Of a stretch of DNA of 64,000 nucleotides, positions 22,290 through 34,868 are shown in pieces (the first letter of the stretch is position 1; every line of letters begins with the position of its first letter). The notes under the pieces were generated by a model that saw only the letters and a list, made by a program, of their open reading frames with translations, was not told the DNA's origin and did not search any database. Both the position numbers and the translations under genes were made by a program. Source of the DNA: Podarcis liolepis (taxonomy: Eukaryota); the NCBI GenBank assembly GCA_965112155.1, contig OZ218101.1. One strand, given 5' to 3'.

Positions 22290-23103
22290 GGGGTGTGTGG
22301 GGTGTTATGGAAGGGGTATTACCTTCGGTGGGGGGACACATTGTGCTCCTTTTGGGATAGTTAGCTTATCTTTGGTCCCCACCTTGCACTCAGCTCTCAC
22401 TTGTAGCTCATAGAAGCTGTCAGCATGCAACAATGGTCACACCCCAGGAACAGCTTCAACCGGCCGGCAAAATCAGGTGAGGATAACTGATGAGTCTTAA
22501 ATGCACCGTGAATTAGGGACTACCCCTGCATGCAAAGACAGACTCTAGCAGATGGCACATATGAGATTAATACTGGGTCCAGTGGTCAAGAATACAGTTT
22601 CTGCATGTACTGTAGTGGTAACTGAGGGGTAGATGGGGCTCGTTAACCTGAGATGGTAGCCCATCTAGGATGGGGAAAAGGCTAAGGAAGAAACCCTACA
22701 CAAATCCTGAGTGGAGTCCCTAAAATAGATGGATGATGTATTGTACGTCTTCTTCTCGCAATTCCTACATCCAAGCTCTGCTTTTCTTTGGATCACATGA
22801 GTGAGGTCGAGGGGGGAGGAGATGTCTTGTCATCTGGGCAACCCAGGACCCCCATACACACTGCCTAGGCTTGCATGCCTGGGAGGTTGCTTCAGTGCTG
22901 CTAATGTAGCAGTTTGAGGTGCACTCCATTGTAAGGTTACCAGATTTTTTTCAATGAATCTGGGGACACTTTTCAACTTCATTCGAATTCAGTGGATTTT
23001 GTCAGGTACCTGATTTGTAAATCCGGGGACTGTCCCCGGGAAACAGGGACGTCTGGTAACCTTACTCCATTGTCTCTCAAGACAGACAGATGTCAACAAG
23101 AAG
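22290..23103 (+). mobile_element. Non-coding LINE-derived retroposon (RTE/Vingi-like), interrupted by a MITE
   Basis: Homologous to the minus-strand copy at 48694-49080 (AGCCCATCTAGGA, AACCCTACACAAATC, CCATACACACTGCCTAGG, GCACTCCATTGT). The clade assignment is tentative. Confidence 0.5.
22932..23064. mobile_element. hAT (Tip100-like) MITE, 133 bp
   Basis: TIRs TAAGGTTACCAGA / TCTGGTAACCTTA and a perfect 8-bp TSD CTCCATTG. Confidence 0.9.
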
Positions 23104-23286
23104 TTTATGGCAGAAATATAAGTCTGTTTTGTGCTAGGATGTACACTAAAATATGCATTTGAATGTCAGTCTACAATGAAATGGAAGACAGCAAAATAAA
23201 CTGTCCATTAAACTTTAATTAGTTTAATGTTAAGTAAATGTCCAGTGTACTTCCAACGCCATAAATCTTATCTCAGCAGAGAATTT

Positions 23287-23782
23287 TGTGCAGTGGTTAA
23301 AGAAGGCAGGAGAGTCAGTACCTTTCAATGAAGAATCCTGGAGCAAGCACTTTGGAACTCAGGAAAAAAACTTTATTTACAAAAGAAAAACCCTGGCGAT
23401 AAAGCACACATGCTTTTATCTCTGGCATAAATAAAACTTTACTGTAAACTTAACTCATATTAGCAGACACACCCATGGCCACAAACTGAGTCTGTGAGTC
23501 AGGTCAGGGGGGGGAAAGAAAACACACGGGTGAACTGACTATTTATACAAACTAACTCACATTCCTGGATGCTTAATGACTTCCAGCTGCTCAGTGATTA
23601 GAGCGACTTGTTACCTCTTAACCCTTTAGTACCAACATAAACCATTTGCTGTTGAACGGAAAATACCAAATGAAAATACGGATGGATGAATGTCAGAACT
23701 GACTGATTCATGTTTGTACACCTTCAAGTCAGATATACCCAGCCTGCGTTTGTGCATCTGATTATTCCTGTCTAACACTACA
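23287..23782 (-). mobile_element. Possible solo LTR
   Basis: TG...CA ends with a weak terminal inverted similarity, and minus-strand AATAAA and TATAAA in LTR-like order. No clean TSD. Confidence 0.35.
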
Positions 23783-23924
23783 TTTATTTCTGCTTATAAT
23801 CATGTCACTTATCTTGACCTGTTTTCCATCCGCTCAAGATCGTATTGAATCCCTTTTCTGTTATTATAAAGTACTAGCTAACCCAGGCACTTTGATGTGT
23901 ATCACCTCCATTCTTTTTCCAAAA

Positions 23925-24095
23925 GTATTTTAAAGATATTTAATAACAACAGGCCCCAGACAAAGCCCTGTGGCACTCCACTTATCACTTCTCTTCAGGT
24001 TGATGAGGGACCATTGATTTGCACTCTTTGAGTACAGTCCATCAACCACCTTGAAATCCACCTAACAGTAGCATAATCTAGCTCACATTTCACAC
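23925..24095 (-). mobile_element. CR1 RT internal fragment
   Basis: The reverse strand reads ...VQINGPSST*REVISGVPQG.., the CR1 RT motif region. Confidence 0.7.
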
Positions 24096-24632
24096 CATCT
24101 GTTGCTTGGAAATGACTATCAATGTAATACAATATTAAATTAAATTATATTTCTATTAGCAAGTTGTGGTTAAAAATGTTATTTTAAAAATGGCCTCTCT
24201 TCTTAGTGTGTTTCATAAGTGTTGGGCTCTCTATATGATTCATTTTATTATTAGTGCTTCCTTTTTATTTCTTTGTTATTATTTTGTTATGACCTACAAT
24301 CTGAACAAATAAAACCTGCTACTGCTACCGATATTACTATTGGTCCTGCTTATTTTTTATACAATGTAGGTTTTCACTGAATGTATGTAATAAAAAATAC
24401 AGGACTATAACAGCTGAAAAGACAATCCAACATAAGGAGCACATGCAAGTTATGTGAACTGGTAAAGATATAAGCCACAAATGGAAGAAAAGTATCTTTT
24501 TATGGAAACAGAAGAGGAAGTAATAGATGACACCAACATTTTGGAGAATAAAGTTGTATTTAAAAATGCATAAGAGTAACATCATGTTTCAGGTATGCAT
24601 AAAATTTGGAAAACAAACACCTATATGAAGAA

Positions 24633-25139
24633 ACCTAGACAGCATTTTAAAAAGCGGAGACATCACCTTGTGGACAAAGGTCTGTATAGTTAAAGCTATT
24701 GTTTTCCCAGTAGTGATGTATGGAAGTGAGAGCTGGACCATAAATAAGGCTGATTGCCAAAGAATTGATGCTTTTGAATTATGGTACTGGAGGAAACTCT
24801 TGAGAGTCCCATGACTGCAAGAAGATCAAACCTCTCCATTCTGAAGGAAATCAGCCCTGAGTGCTCACTGGAAGGGCAGATCCTGAAGCTGAGGCTCCAA
24901 TACTTTGGCCACCTCATGAGAAGAGAAGACTCCCTGGAAAAGACCCTGATGCTGGGAAAGATGGAGGGTACAAGGAGAAGGGACGACAGAGGACGAGAAG
25001 GTTGGACAGTGTCCTCGAAGCTTCCAGCATGAGTTTGACAAAACTGCGGGAGGCAGTGGAAGACAGGAGTGCCTGGCGTGCTCTGGTCCATGGGGTCACG
25101 AAGAGTCGGGACATGACTAAACGACTAAACAACAACAAC
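24633..25139 (+). mobile_element. Bov-B (RTE) LINE 3' fragment
   Basis: Same ORF C-terminus as 10637-11062, a (CAA)n tail, and TSD ATATGAAGAA (24623-24632 and 25140-25149). Confidence 0.93.
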
Positions 25140-26723
25140 ATATGAAGAATTTAAGACAACACGATTTAAGAAAGTAGGATTTTCAATTAAAGCTAAAATT
25201 TCATAACAGATTAAAAACTGCCACTTTACAAAAATATGTTCATCTACTTAACATTAACAGTGTAAATGAAAATACATCTATCAATGAGAACTGATTTTCA
25301 TCTTGAGCTGATATGTAACATCTCAACAGTGTCAATAATCATATTAAGCAAGTATAGGGGATACACTTCAGGAAATGTAAGGCTCTTCAAATTTGAAGAG
25401 TGGGTGTTTGAATCAAACACAGCTACAAGTGTTTACACAAAGATATCTATCTGGATTAATTGATAAGAAAAGTCTCTAAACTGATGTCTATCCAGAAGGT
25501 TTGCTTGTCCTTTTAAGGCCACCTGAACAGTTTTCAAATAAGCATTTATCTCCCTGCTATCACTAAAAAGGGAGATAATTATATAAACCAATTAAAGCAC
25601 ATTATTTTGGTCAGACTGGTTGAATTAATAATTCAAGAGCTGACCACCTAACCTTTGTTTTTGTCAGCAAACCGTATAACAACACACCCACCTCACCAAG
25701 GCTTATTGCAAGACTTTGGCCATAAACACACAGAAGCAAGGCATAGGCAGTCTTGTATTCAAATTTTATTGCAACTTTTTGGATTTGACATGATGTTTTA
25801 TCCTAATGGCCTTTATATCCCTAGTATACATTTTAATTAAACAATAAATAACTATATGTGGAACATGGATAATTACAAAAGGTATGTTAGAATTGAAATG
25901 CCCTCACTATAACTCTGTCTAGGAGCCAATGAAAATGTTTTTTATATATATAAATAAAAGTGCAGTTCATCAAAGGATTAAATTATTTACATGGGCACAT
26001 TTAATCAGTGGGAGTGCACTGCTTACTAATAGAAAGATGCTAAAGATTTAAGGGACCTATAGAACAGAGAATTAATGGCGGGAAGGAGTTAAGAATTTTA
26101 TGTGAATACTGAGTTTTTCTTCTTTGTCTGATCATTGCCAGGTATTTAAAAGGAAGTAAATACACAGGAAGAAAAACAAGGGCAAATTTATAAGATCAGC
26201 CGAGATGATAATAATCCATGATAAAATTAAAATGAAACCCTATGCATATCTACTCAGAAGGCAGTTCCATTAAGTTAAAGAAGACTTTCCCCCAAGTAAG
26301 TAGATATATAGGGTAGCAGCCCTAACTTGTCACAGTTGGCCAAGCTCTTGTGACATTCCTAGGACATGCTCATTTCATTACTCATGAAATGGATTTTAAA
26401 TTTAAGTGTTTAAGTGGCTGACCATGGGCATAATGGATTAATTCCAGGAATATAGATATGGTTTACCTTCAATAAGTGGAATGACATTTTGAGATAAATG
26501 AAACCATTTCAGTATGATCTTTAGAACACAATTCTATGGTCCCTGGGAGGGCATCTTGGAGGGTATAGGATTTTGTGGCTCTCCCTCTTCACAGGCAGTG
26601 AGAGCGCCGCTGCAGAAAGGCATGTTGGTGTTGCTTCTACACTTTCAGTGTTCTGCTGGCGGAGAGGGCAAAAGGGTGGTGTTCTGGGGGCAGGTTGGAC
26701 TCCAAACCCTGCTGTTCCCCTAT

Positions 26724-26724
26724 C

Positions 26725-26772
<48 letters not shown>

Positions 26773-27855
26773 TTATTTATACCCCACCCATCTGGCTGGG
26801 TTTCCCCAGCCACTCTGGGTGGCTTCCAACTGAATATTAAAAACAGTACAGCATCAAACATTAAAAACTTCCCTAAAGAGGGCTGCCTTCAGATGACTTT
26901 TAAAAGTAAAATAGTTGTTTATTGCTTTGACATCTGTTGGGAGGGCGTTCCACAGGGCAGGCACCACTACCGAGAAGGCCCTCTGTCTGGTTCCCTGTAG
27001 CCTCACTTCTCGCAATGAGGGAACCACCAGAAGGCCCTTGGTGCTGGATCTCAGTGTCCGGGCTGAACGATGGGGGTGGAGACGCTCCTTCAGGTATACT
27101 GGACCGAGGCCATTTAGGGCTCTAAAGGTCAGCACCAACACTTTGAATTGTGCTTGGAAACGTACTGGGAGCCAATGCAGACCTCTCAGAACCGGTGTTA
27201 TGTGGTCCCGGCGGCCACTCCCAGTCACCAGTCTAGCTGCCGCATTCTGGATTAATTGCAGTTTCCGGGTCACCTTCAAAGAGCGTGTTGCAGTAGTCCA
27301 AGCGGGAGATAACTAGAGCATGCACCACTCTGGCAAGACAGTTCGCGGGCAGGTAGGGTCTTAGCCTGCGTACCAGGTGGAGCTGGTAGACAGCTGCCCT
27401 GGACACAGAATTAACCTGTGCCTCCATGGACAGCTGTGAGTCCAAAATGACTCCCAGGCTGCGCACCTGGTCCTTCAGGGGCACAGTTACCCCATTCAGG
27501 ACCAGGGAATCCCCCACACCCGCCCGCCCCCTGTCCCCCCAAAACAGTACTTCTGTCTTGTCAGGATTCAACCTCAGTCTGTTAGCAGCCATCCATCCTC
27601 CAACAGCCTCCAGGCACTCACACAGGACCTTCACCGCCTTCACTGGTTCTGATTTAAAGGCGAGGTAGAGCTGGGTGTCATCTGCATACTGATGAACACC
27701 CAGCCCAAACCCCCTGATGATCTCTCCCAGAGGCTTCATATAGATATTAAAAAACATGGGGGAGAGAACGGAACCCTGAGGCACCCCACACGTGAGAGCC
27801 CAGGGGTCTGAACACTCATCCCCCACCACCACTTTCTGGACACAGCCCAGGAGAA
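26724..27855 (-). mobile_element. L2 LINE 3' fragment containing part of the RT, relatively young, with one frameshift
   Basis: GVPQGSVLSPMFFNIYM, QYADDTQLY, NRLRLNPDKTE, ISRLDYCN, KLQLIQNAAARLVTG, LHWLPV. (TAA)n/(TTA)n tail at about 26724-26770. Confidence 0.93.
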
Positions 27856-30800
27856 GGGAGCATGCCTTAGAACAGATGGTGGAGTAGTGAATAAGTATGC
27901 CAACCCTGTAGCTAGCATACTTCCTGCTATCCAGTGGAGATATGCATTGTTTTTAAAAGGAAGCAGAGGTGGCAAGGAGATAAAAGGGAACAATAGCACT
28001 CCGCCATCTTTTCCCCTGTTGGAACCAATGAAGTGGGGCTCTGAATATGGCAGTTTCTCCATTTTAAAGTCCCCTCCCATGTAGGATTTATCTCAGCCTA
28101 TACTACCTTTTATTTGGCTGGGGTCCCAACATGCTGAAATCACCTCAAAATTGCCCCTAATTTTCCATTTCCCATGCTAAGTATTTCTTTTGATCACACC
28201 CTGTCAAATGAGATCTGAAATCTGATGGCCAATCTATCCAACGATAACTCTATCAGAAGAGCATCGCTTCATATTATAATGCAAGTGAGCATCCTAAGAA
28301 TGGTATTATCATAAGACAGATGGAGTTTCTTGGCCCTCAGCTGACTGTTCTAAACTTTTTATAACAGAAGAAAAAAAATCTGTTATATTTCAGATACAGT
28401 AGAGGAATGTTCCCACATATTTTAGAAGGGAACAAAGCAGACTGTTTATAATGTTTTCAAAACCAACTTGATTGTTCATACACATGGACAGGCTATATGT
28501 TTTGCACACAATTCACTGTATTTCCAAATTACTTTTAATGACCAATTATTTTTATTTCTCCAGTAGTAGTAGTAACAGCAGCAGCACTTTTAATGTACAA
28601 ATAAATTAGTTTGACATTTTGTATTCATCCTTACAAGAACTCTATCAGGTAGTCAACCTAATTTTTTTAAAAAAAATGTTATTAAAAAAAATCCAGGGTT
28701 GCAAAGTACATACCCCATCTCTATTTTCAGATCATAAAATCATTTCTACAGATCAGTTATATTTGATATGAGACTTTGATATTTTGATACAGTATAAGGT
28801 TGGGGGAGAAGAGAGGTGGGGAGAGAGAGAGAGACCAGGTGCGGGGAGGGGATGTAGTAAACTTTCATTCTTTTAGCTGTGTGCAATGTTTTTGTGTCAA
28901 TTTTTTCCCAGGATGATGAGGAACCATTAGTGAGCACCCTTTGGGTTCAGTAAGTCAACCAGCTACAATTCCACCTAAAAATTATCTCATCCAGCCCACA
29001 TTTTACTAGAAAGTCAATGGACTTTTCTTCTGAGTAGATACTTATAGGATTGTGCTGTTACTCCCAAGTAAGTAGGCATAAGATTATAAACCACTTTTAT
29101 TGCTAGAGACACCAAGACTGAGTGATAACTCCTATGCAAGTCAATATATAGCAGAGTAAACCCAGCAAGGAAAAAGATGAGGCAGCGCATATTACATTAA
29201 GCATCTAATTTGGTTGAAGGACGCTTGACTACAGGTACCACTTTTTAAAATCAAAACGTAATTGGATACATTAAATATCATTACTTTATTCAGTTTTAGT
29301 TAAATCACAAATATATCTTGTCACTATGTTCCTCATATTATAGCAAACACTTATATGTTTGGAAGTACTGTACAACTCATTTTAAAAACACATTTTACCA
29401 TGTAATAACAGATGCATTTCTGTTGAAATTGCAAGTGCGCAGTTAGACTTAAGGGATAGCGATCAGCAAGCACTGTATTCCAGTGCAACTTAATTTCCTC
29501 CATAGACTACTTGATAAAGGTTACATATACCTCAGTAAGGAGAACTTTTCTGAATTTAAGGCTCCTAGCAAAAATCGTAAGATGCTTACTAGCAAGTATG
29601 TTCCATGGAGTTTAATAGGATTTACTTCTTGGTAAATATGTTCAAGGTTGGGTTGTCAATTTAAGAACAGATTGCACAAACATCATTTAGCTGTGAGTGC
29701 TTCCTGTAAGACTGCGGCAAAAATATTATTCATCTTTAAAATCAGTAGATGTATTAGCTCTATAAATTTACTTTGAGGATGGGTTTATTTTTTTTAAAAA
29801 AACTTAGAATACACCAATTCTTGGAGCAATGAGCAAACATGTGAGGAAATAACCACTGAAAAGGCTGCCCTGATCCTCCCAGACGTTCTCTTTAGCAAAT
29901 CACCCCATTTGAAAAGAAGAAGAAATCTGGTTTTAGAAGTCTAGTGATGATTTTGCCTGCAAGCTTATAAGAACTGCCTTCAGAAAATGTACTGAGTCCT
30001 ATTCTTCCAATGTAAATCACTTTTAAACATCAGCATTTTAATCTAAAGGTCACTTTGTCCATGGTATACACAGTAAGGATTTTCTTTTTAAAAAAAGTAA
30101 TTGGGACTGAGTAATTCTACTGATTGTCCTGCCTTAGTTTTGCAATTTCATTCTGCAGTTCTATAGTACTTTAAGACTTACAGAGAACTCATATGCATAT
30201 CTACTCATGTAAGGCCCATTGAGTTCAATGCGACTCCTTGTTAAATGTGTATACCAGGGCTGGATGTGGCCTCTCTATCCAGACCTCAGGACCCTCCTCA
30301 GTCCTCACCCCTCCCTGGGCCACAACCCTCACATACACTGATCCACACCCTCCCTGAGAACTTTTGCCTACTAAGAATGTGTCACTGAACTGCGGTCATT
30401 TATCTTGCTTGCCTAGATGGAAGGGTCTTGTGTGCATGTGCAGGAAATTAGGGATGGATGAATCCATCAATTTCATTTTCTCATTTTTACAATGTGTCTT
30501 CTGAATGCCTATATAAGTATACCCAGTCAATCTAGAATACATTTTCAGGACATCTAGAAAATTTCACTACTGTTATTTTTGGTGCTGTTTTCTCCAGTAT
30601 TCTGGCTGTGAATAATGGTCCTGCAGATTTGGATGAGATAAATGATGATTTATGAAGCAGGGAATGAGCATTGGGGCTGAGCATTTCTCTATAGCCCCTC
30701 CTCTTCTCCCTACATATACCACTCCAGAGCCTCCTAGGTTGTATTAAGCCAGAGTTTCCTATTATGTCAGAACTGGGGATTGTCAGTTAACAACCTAGAA

Positions 30801-31829
30801 TAGTGAGCCAAGCTCTGATCATGGTTTATGAAGCCTTGAATTATCGTCTGAACCAAGGTATTGAACTGAATTCTTTCTTTGAATTTCCCAGCTGCATGGC
30901 CTGTGAGTTTATTTTTTAAAGATTAAAAAAAACCCCACATGATTTATGTGACATGTCCTACTTTAACTCTTTCCAAAGTATTACTGTATAAGATATTGCT
31001 TCTTATAGGAAGCAGTGCAGCTGTAGAAACTTTCCGTTGTCATAAATAATATGCTGGCGCATTAAAACGCACTTTCACATCTCATTGATGATAATAAAAT
31101 ATCTAAGAAGATTCAATCGAAATCCATTCTTTTTTACAACAATGATATCACGATTACACCTTTAAAATATATAGTCCATGTATTCAATAATACAGTAGTA
31201 GTAAATCTATCACGAGCAGTCAGCAAACCCTTTCATATAGCTGGAGGGATCTCCTTTTCCATTAAAATAAGAACCATGTCAACGTCTGAATGAAAATGTA
31301 TTGTTTCATATTGACATTGCAAACATAAGCATTCATAATATAGGGAAATCAGTAACTATCCTATTCTCACATTCTTCCCTAGAAATATTATGTTATAACG
31401 TTATGACTTTATGTTTCATAGGCTATTCAAACATTCTCTGAGCGATTTCGTTTAAGTGCTCAGACTGTTCCTCCCCCCCCCTTATTTCTTTTTCTTTTTC
31501 ATTTTGTCCTGAATGTTTTCAGGGTTAACTATTGATTCTGAGTGGCGTGAAAACCCTATAACTCTAATTGGGAGGGTGGGCACCTGTATGAACAACCTAA
31601 TCTGAATGGTGCTGCTTTAGCACTATCCTGCACCCACCATTTTGTTAGGATTGTTGTTCAGCTGGTGGCCAGGAATTCCCCTCTCTGCTTGCTTCCAGCA
31701 TCTCTGGAATGCCTCATGGACACACACAAAGGCAGGTAGCCTCCCAGTTGCTCTTGCTGCCAAAGCTCAGGGGTCCCTGAGTGACCCTGAGCAACATTTT
31801 CTGACGAAAGTAGGAACATCCTATTCCAT

Positions 31830-32334
31830 AATAGGTTTGAGCATATTACACCAATCCTGGTCCGACTGCACTGGCTGCCAATTAGTTTCCGGGCCCAATT
31901 AAAAGTGCTGGTTTTGACCTATAAAGCATTAAATGGCTCAGGACCCCAATACCTCAAGGACCTCCTCTTTCCATATGAACCTACCCAGACCCTGAGGTCA
32001 TCTTCTGAGGCCCTCCTTCATGTGCCTCCTCCTTGAGAGATCTGGAGGGTGGCAACACGAGAAGGCCCTTCTCTGCAGTGGCTCTCTGTCTGTGAAATGC
32101 TCTCCCCAAGGAAGTTCGCTTGGCACCTTCATTATACACCTTTAGGCACCAGGCAAAATTTTTCCTTTTTAACCAATCCTTTGGTGGATTTGATTGACAT
32201 CCTATGCCCTTTTAAAAGGCTTTTTTTAAGGGGGTTATTGGGTTGTTGCTTTTATTGTGATTATGTATTTTGTGGTGTTGTGTTCTGGTTTTGTTCTGTG
32301 AGCCATCTCCAAGTATATGGCAGAATATAAATTA

Positions 32335-32335
<1 letters not shown>
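31830..32335 (+). mobile_element. Older L2 3' fragment
   Basis: HITPILVRLHWLPISFRAQ.KVLVLTYKALNGSGPQYLKD. Confidence 0.85.
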
Positions 32336-32338
<3 letters not shown>

Positions 32339-32393
<55 letters not shown>

Positions 32394-32560
32394 CCCACCA
32401 TCTGACTGGGATGCCCCAGCCACTCGGGGCAGCTTCCAACATATATAAAAACATAATAAAGCATTTAACTTATTTTTTTAAAAAAAACCTTTCCTATTCA
32501 GGACTTTCTTCAGATGTCTTCTAAAAGTTGTCTAGCTACTTATCTCCTTGGCTTGGGAAT
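32339..32560 (-). mobile_element. L2 3'-terminal segment with (TAA)n tail
   Basis: Aligns by eye to 26776-26930 (CCATCTG.CTGGG..CCCCAGCCACTC...CTTCAGATG). Confidence 0.75.
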
Positions 32561-32570
32561 CACAAATCTC

Positions 32571-32751
32571 TATACCCTCCAACATTTCTCACATGAAAAT
32601 AGGGACATCCTACCATACCCTCCAATATTTCTCCAGTGACGATGGCGACATCCTAAGGAAAAGCGGGACATTCTGGGATCTGATCAGAAACCAGGGTGGC
32701 TTCTGTAAATCCTGGACTACCCCTGGAAAATAGGGACACTTGGAGGGTCTA
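32571..32751. mobile_element. hAT (Tip100-like) MITE with a duplicated left end
   Basis: (T/C)ATACCCTCCAA at 32571 and 32614, right end TTGGAGGGTCTA, and internal GGGAC motifs like those in 22932-23064. No TSD. Confidence 0.65.
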
Positions 32752-32909
32752 TGGCTGCTGGAGCCTGCTTAAGGGCTGCACCCAGTATAGGGACAAGTCC
32801 CCCCCCCCAAGAGCATATTAGGGCACCCAAGGGCAAAATTTATATGAGGTATCTGACCCAATTCAGCAGGAGGCCACTGCTCCTCTAGTACAGGAAAACA
32901 CTGCCTTTT

Positions 32910-34157
32910 CCTCAGGCACACGGGGAAGTATCACCTTTCTCTCTGGCGCTGGCTGCTGCTGCTGTTCTCCTAGCACACACACACACTCCCAACCCATTGA
33001 GCTTTTCATGCTTGTTCTCACACATCTCCAATTCTTCCTGCTGTACCCCTTTTCTGGCAGGTTCCCAGGGAGCCAATAAATCTATCAGAAGAGGTTCATT
33101 TCCAGCCAGCCAGTCCTTCTCCACAACACTCTTCCTTTTCCACAGCAGGCACCCAGGCAGTGGAGAAATCAGTTAGCAGCAGCTCCACATTTCCAACCAG
33201 CTAGCCCTTTTCAGAGCCACCTGCCTCCTTGCCTTCAGCTACTGACTGCAATGCTTTGGAGTGACCATCCATGTTCTGGATCTCCAGCAGGGCACCTGGG
33301 TCACTCTTAACCCCTTGTAGCGTCTCATCAAAGAGGGCTCTCAATTGGCCTAGAGTCAAACTTTCCTCTCCATGAAGGTTTCTCTCGCACTCTGTCAGCA
33401 GGTGGTCTGTTTTATCAAACCACTGGCTCAGGCATTGGATCATTTGCTCTAGTTGCTTCATTTGTTCCTGCTGCTTCTGCTGCTAAAGCATCCTGACCTG
33501 CTTCAGAAATGTTGCTGTTCCTTGACTCGGGCACATCTTGCTCAGGAGTCTTTTCTCCAGGAAACACAGATCCAACTTCTAACGCCAGTATTGGTGTCAG
33601 AATCTCTGAGTGGTGTTACAGTCCAGGGGTTCCAGGCACACTTGCCTAGGGTCGATGTTTCCTTTTGGAAATGAGACACAACAGACACTATGGTGTCTTT
33701 ATGATATATGGCTTATTTACACCTATATGCAACCTGAGCCTACCATGGAAAGGTGCACAGCATTCACACCTCAAGATGTTTGTGCTTCTCCGATATCTGC
33801 AGCCTTGAATTCATTTTTTTTCTGATATCTGGCTCTGCCCCTCTGCATCTTGCTGCATTTTACAGCCTGCAACACCACATCCTAAATTCTCCAGTCTGCT
33901 TCAGAAAAGTCTCTTACTGTCTTCTGCTCAGAGCCACAGTCTGAGTTCCTCCCATTTTTCATCTGGCACAGAGTATTTGCTTTCTTAAAAGTTTTCTTAA
34001 TGAGTCATCACCCTTCCCTTCCCCCCTCTTTTAATGGCCAATCTCCACAGGTGACTACTTCATCAGGAAGCCAGCCCGGCTTATATTTTACATGGTTTAA
34101 ATTTAAAATCTGCTGGGTCCAGAGGTTAAAAGGTCTGGCACCCACAAACTCATAACA
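32910..34157 (-). mobile_element. Gypsy-type LTR element remnant: LTR (about 33588-34157), tRNA-Leu PBS and decayed gag-like leader
   Basis: The minus strand starts TGTTATGAG. TGGCGTTAGAAGTTGGAT (33570-33587) approximates TGGTGTCAGAAGTGGGAT, the complement of a tRNA-Leu 3' end. A helical 86-aa ORF follows at 33201-33461. The left boundary is uncertain. Confidence 0.55.
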
Positions 34158-34263
34158 ACAAAATGGCCAAACTCAGTTCTCCATTTCAGAAATAAAGCAA
34201 CAAAATTTGAGTAGTGATGAATCATCATGTTCATTCTCAGTGGAACCACGTCCTATGCCATAT

Positions 34264-34868
34264 TGTTATCAATGAAACTGGACATGTTTGCAATGTTAAC
34301 TCTGTTATTTTGGAGGATATCATACCTTTCTTGATGATTTGTTTGTTGGGAACCCAAAACGAAAACAAAGCCTTCTCCTGTATCAGTCCATGAAGGTTTA
34401 ATGGATGGCCTTGTCAGTTCCAAGTGGAGACGGGGTGGCAGATCTGGGTCTTATCTTATAGGTTGTAACTATCCTGATCACGCTGATGCACAGACCTTGC
34501 AAGACAGGCCTGTCAGCCCCCGCACCCGGGGATGGTGCCAGGAGTACTCCTATAGTTGGGTGACCTTTTTACCCCAAGATAATAGTACAGAAACAGGAAT
34601 TTCTGTTCATGCTCAAGGATGTAAACTTACGTGTACAAGCTCATGAGGCTGGATTCCTGGGAGGGGGAAAGGGGACCTGAAGAGGATATAAACTGTATGT
34701 AACTGCTCTTTAACTGTGCTTGCTGTGACTGATCACGCAGTGCCTTTCTGCTATCTGGAAAGCAGAAATAAACTCTTTCTCTGAACCAACCCTCGGTGTC
34801 TATTGACTCCTTCCTCCCTCCTGAGAGCAACGCTCACCCAACCAATGGGAAAAGTCTGAAAGGCTACA
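34264..34868 (+). mobile_element. Probable ERV-like solo LTR
   Basis: TATAAA near 34687, AATAAA near 34767, then a U5-like GTGTCTATTGACTC. Boundaries and TSD are unresolved. Confidence 0.45.
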
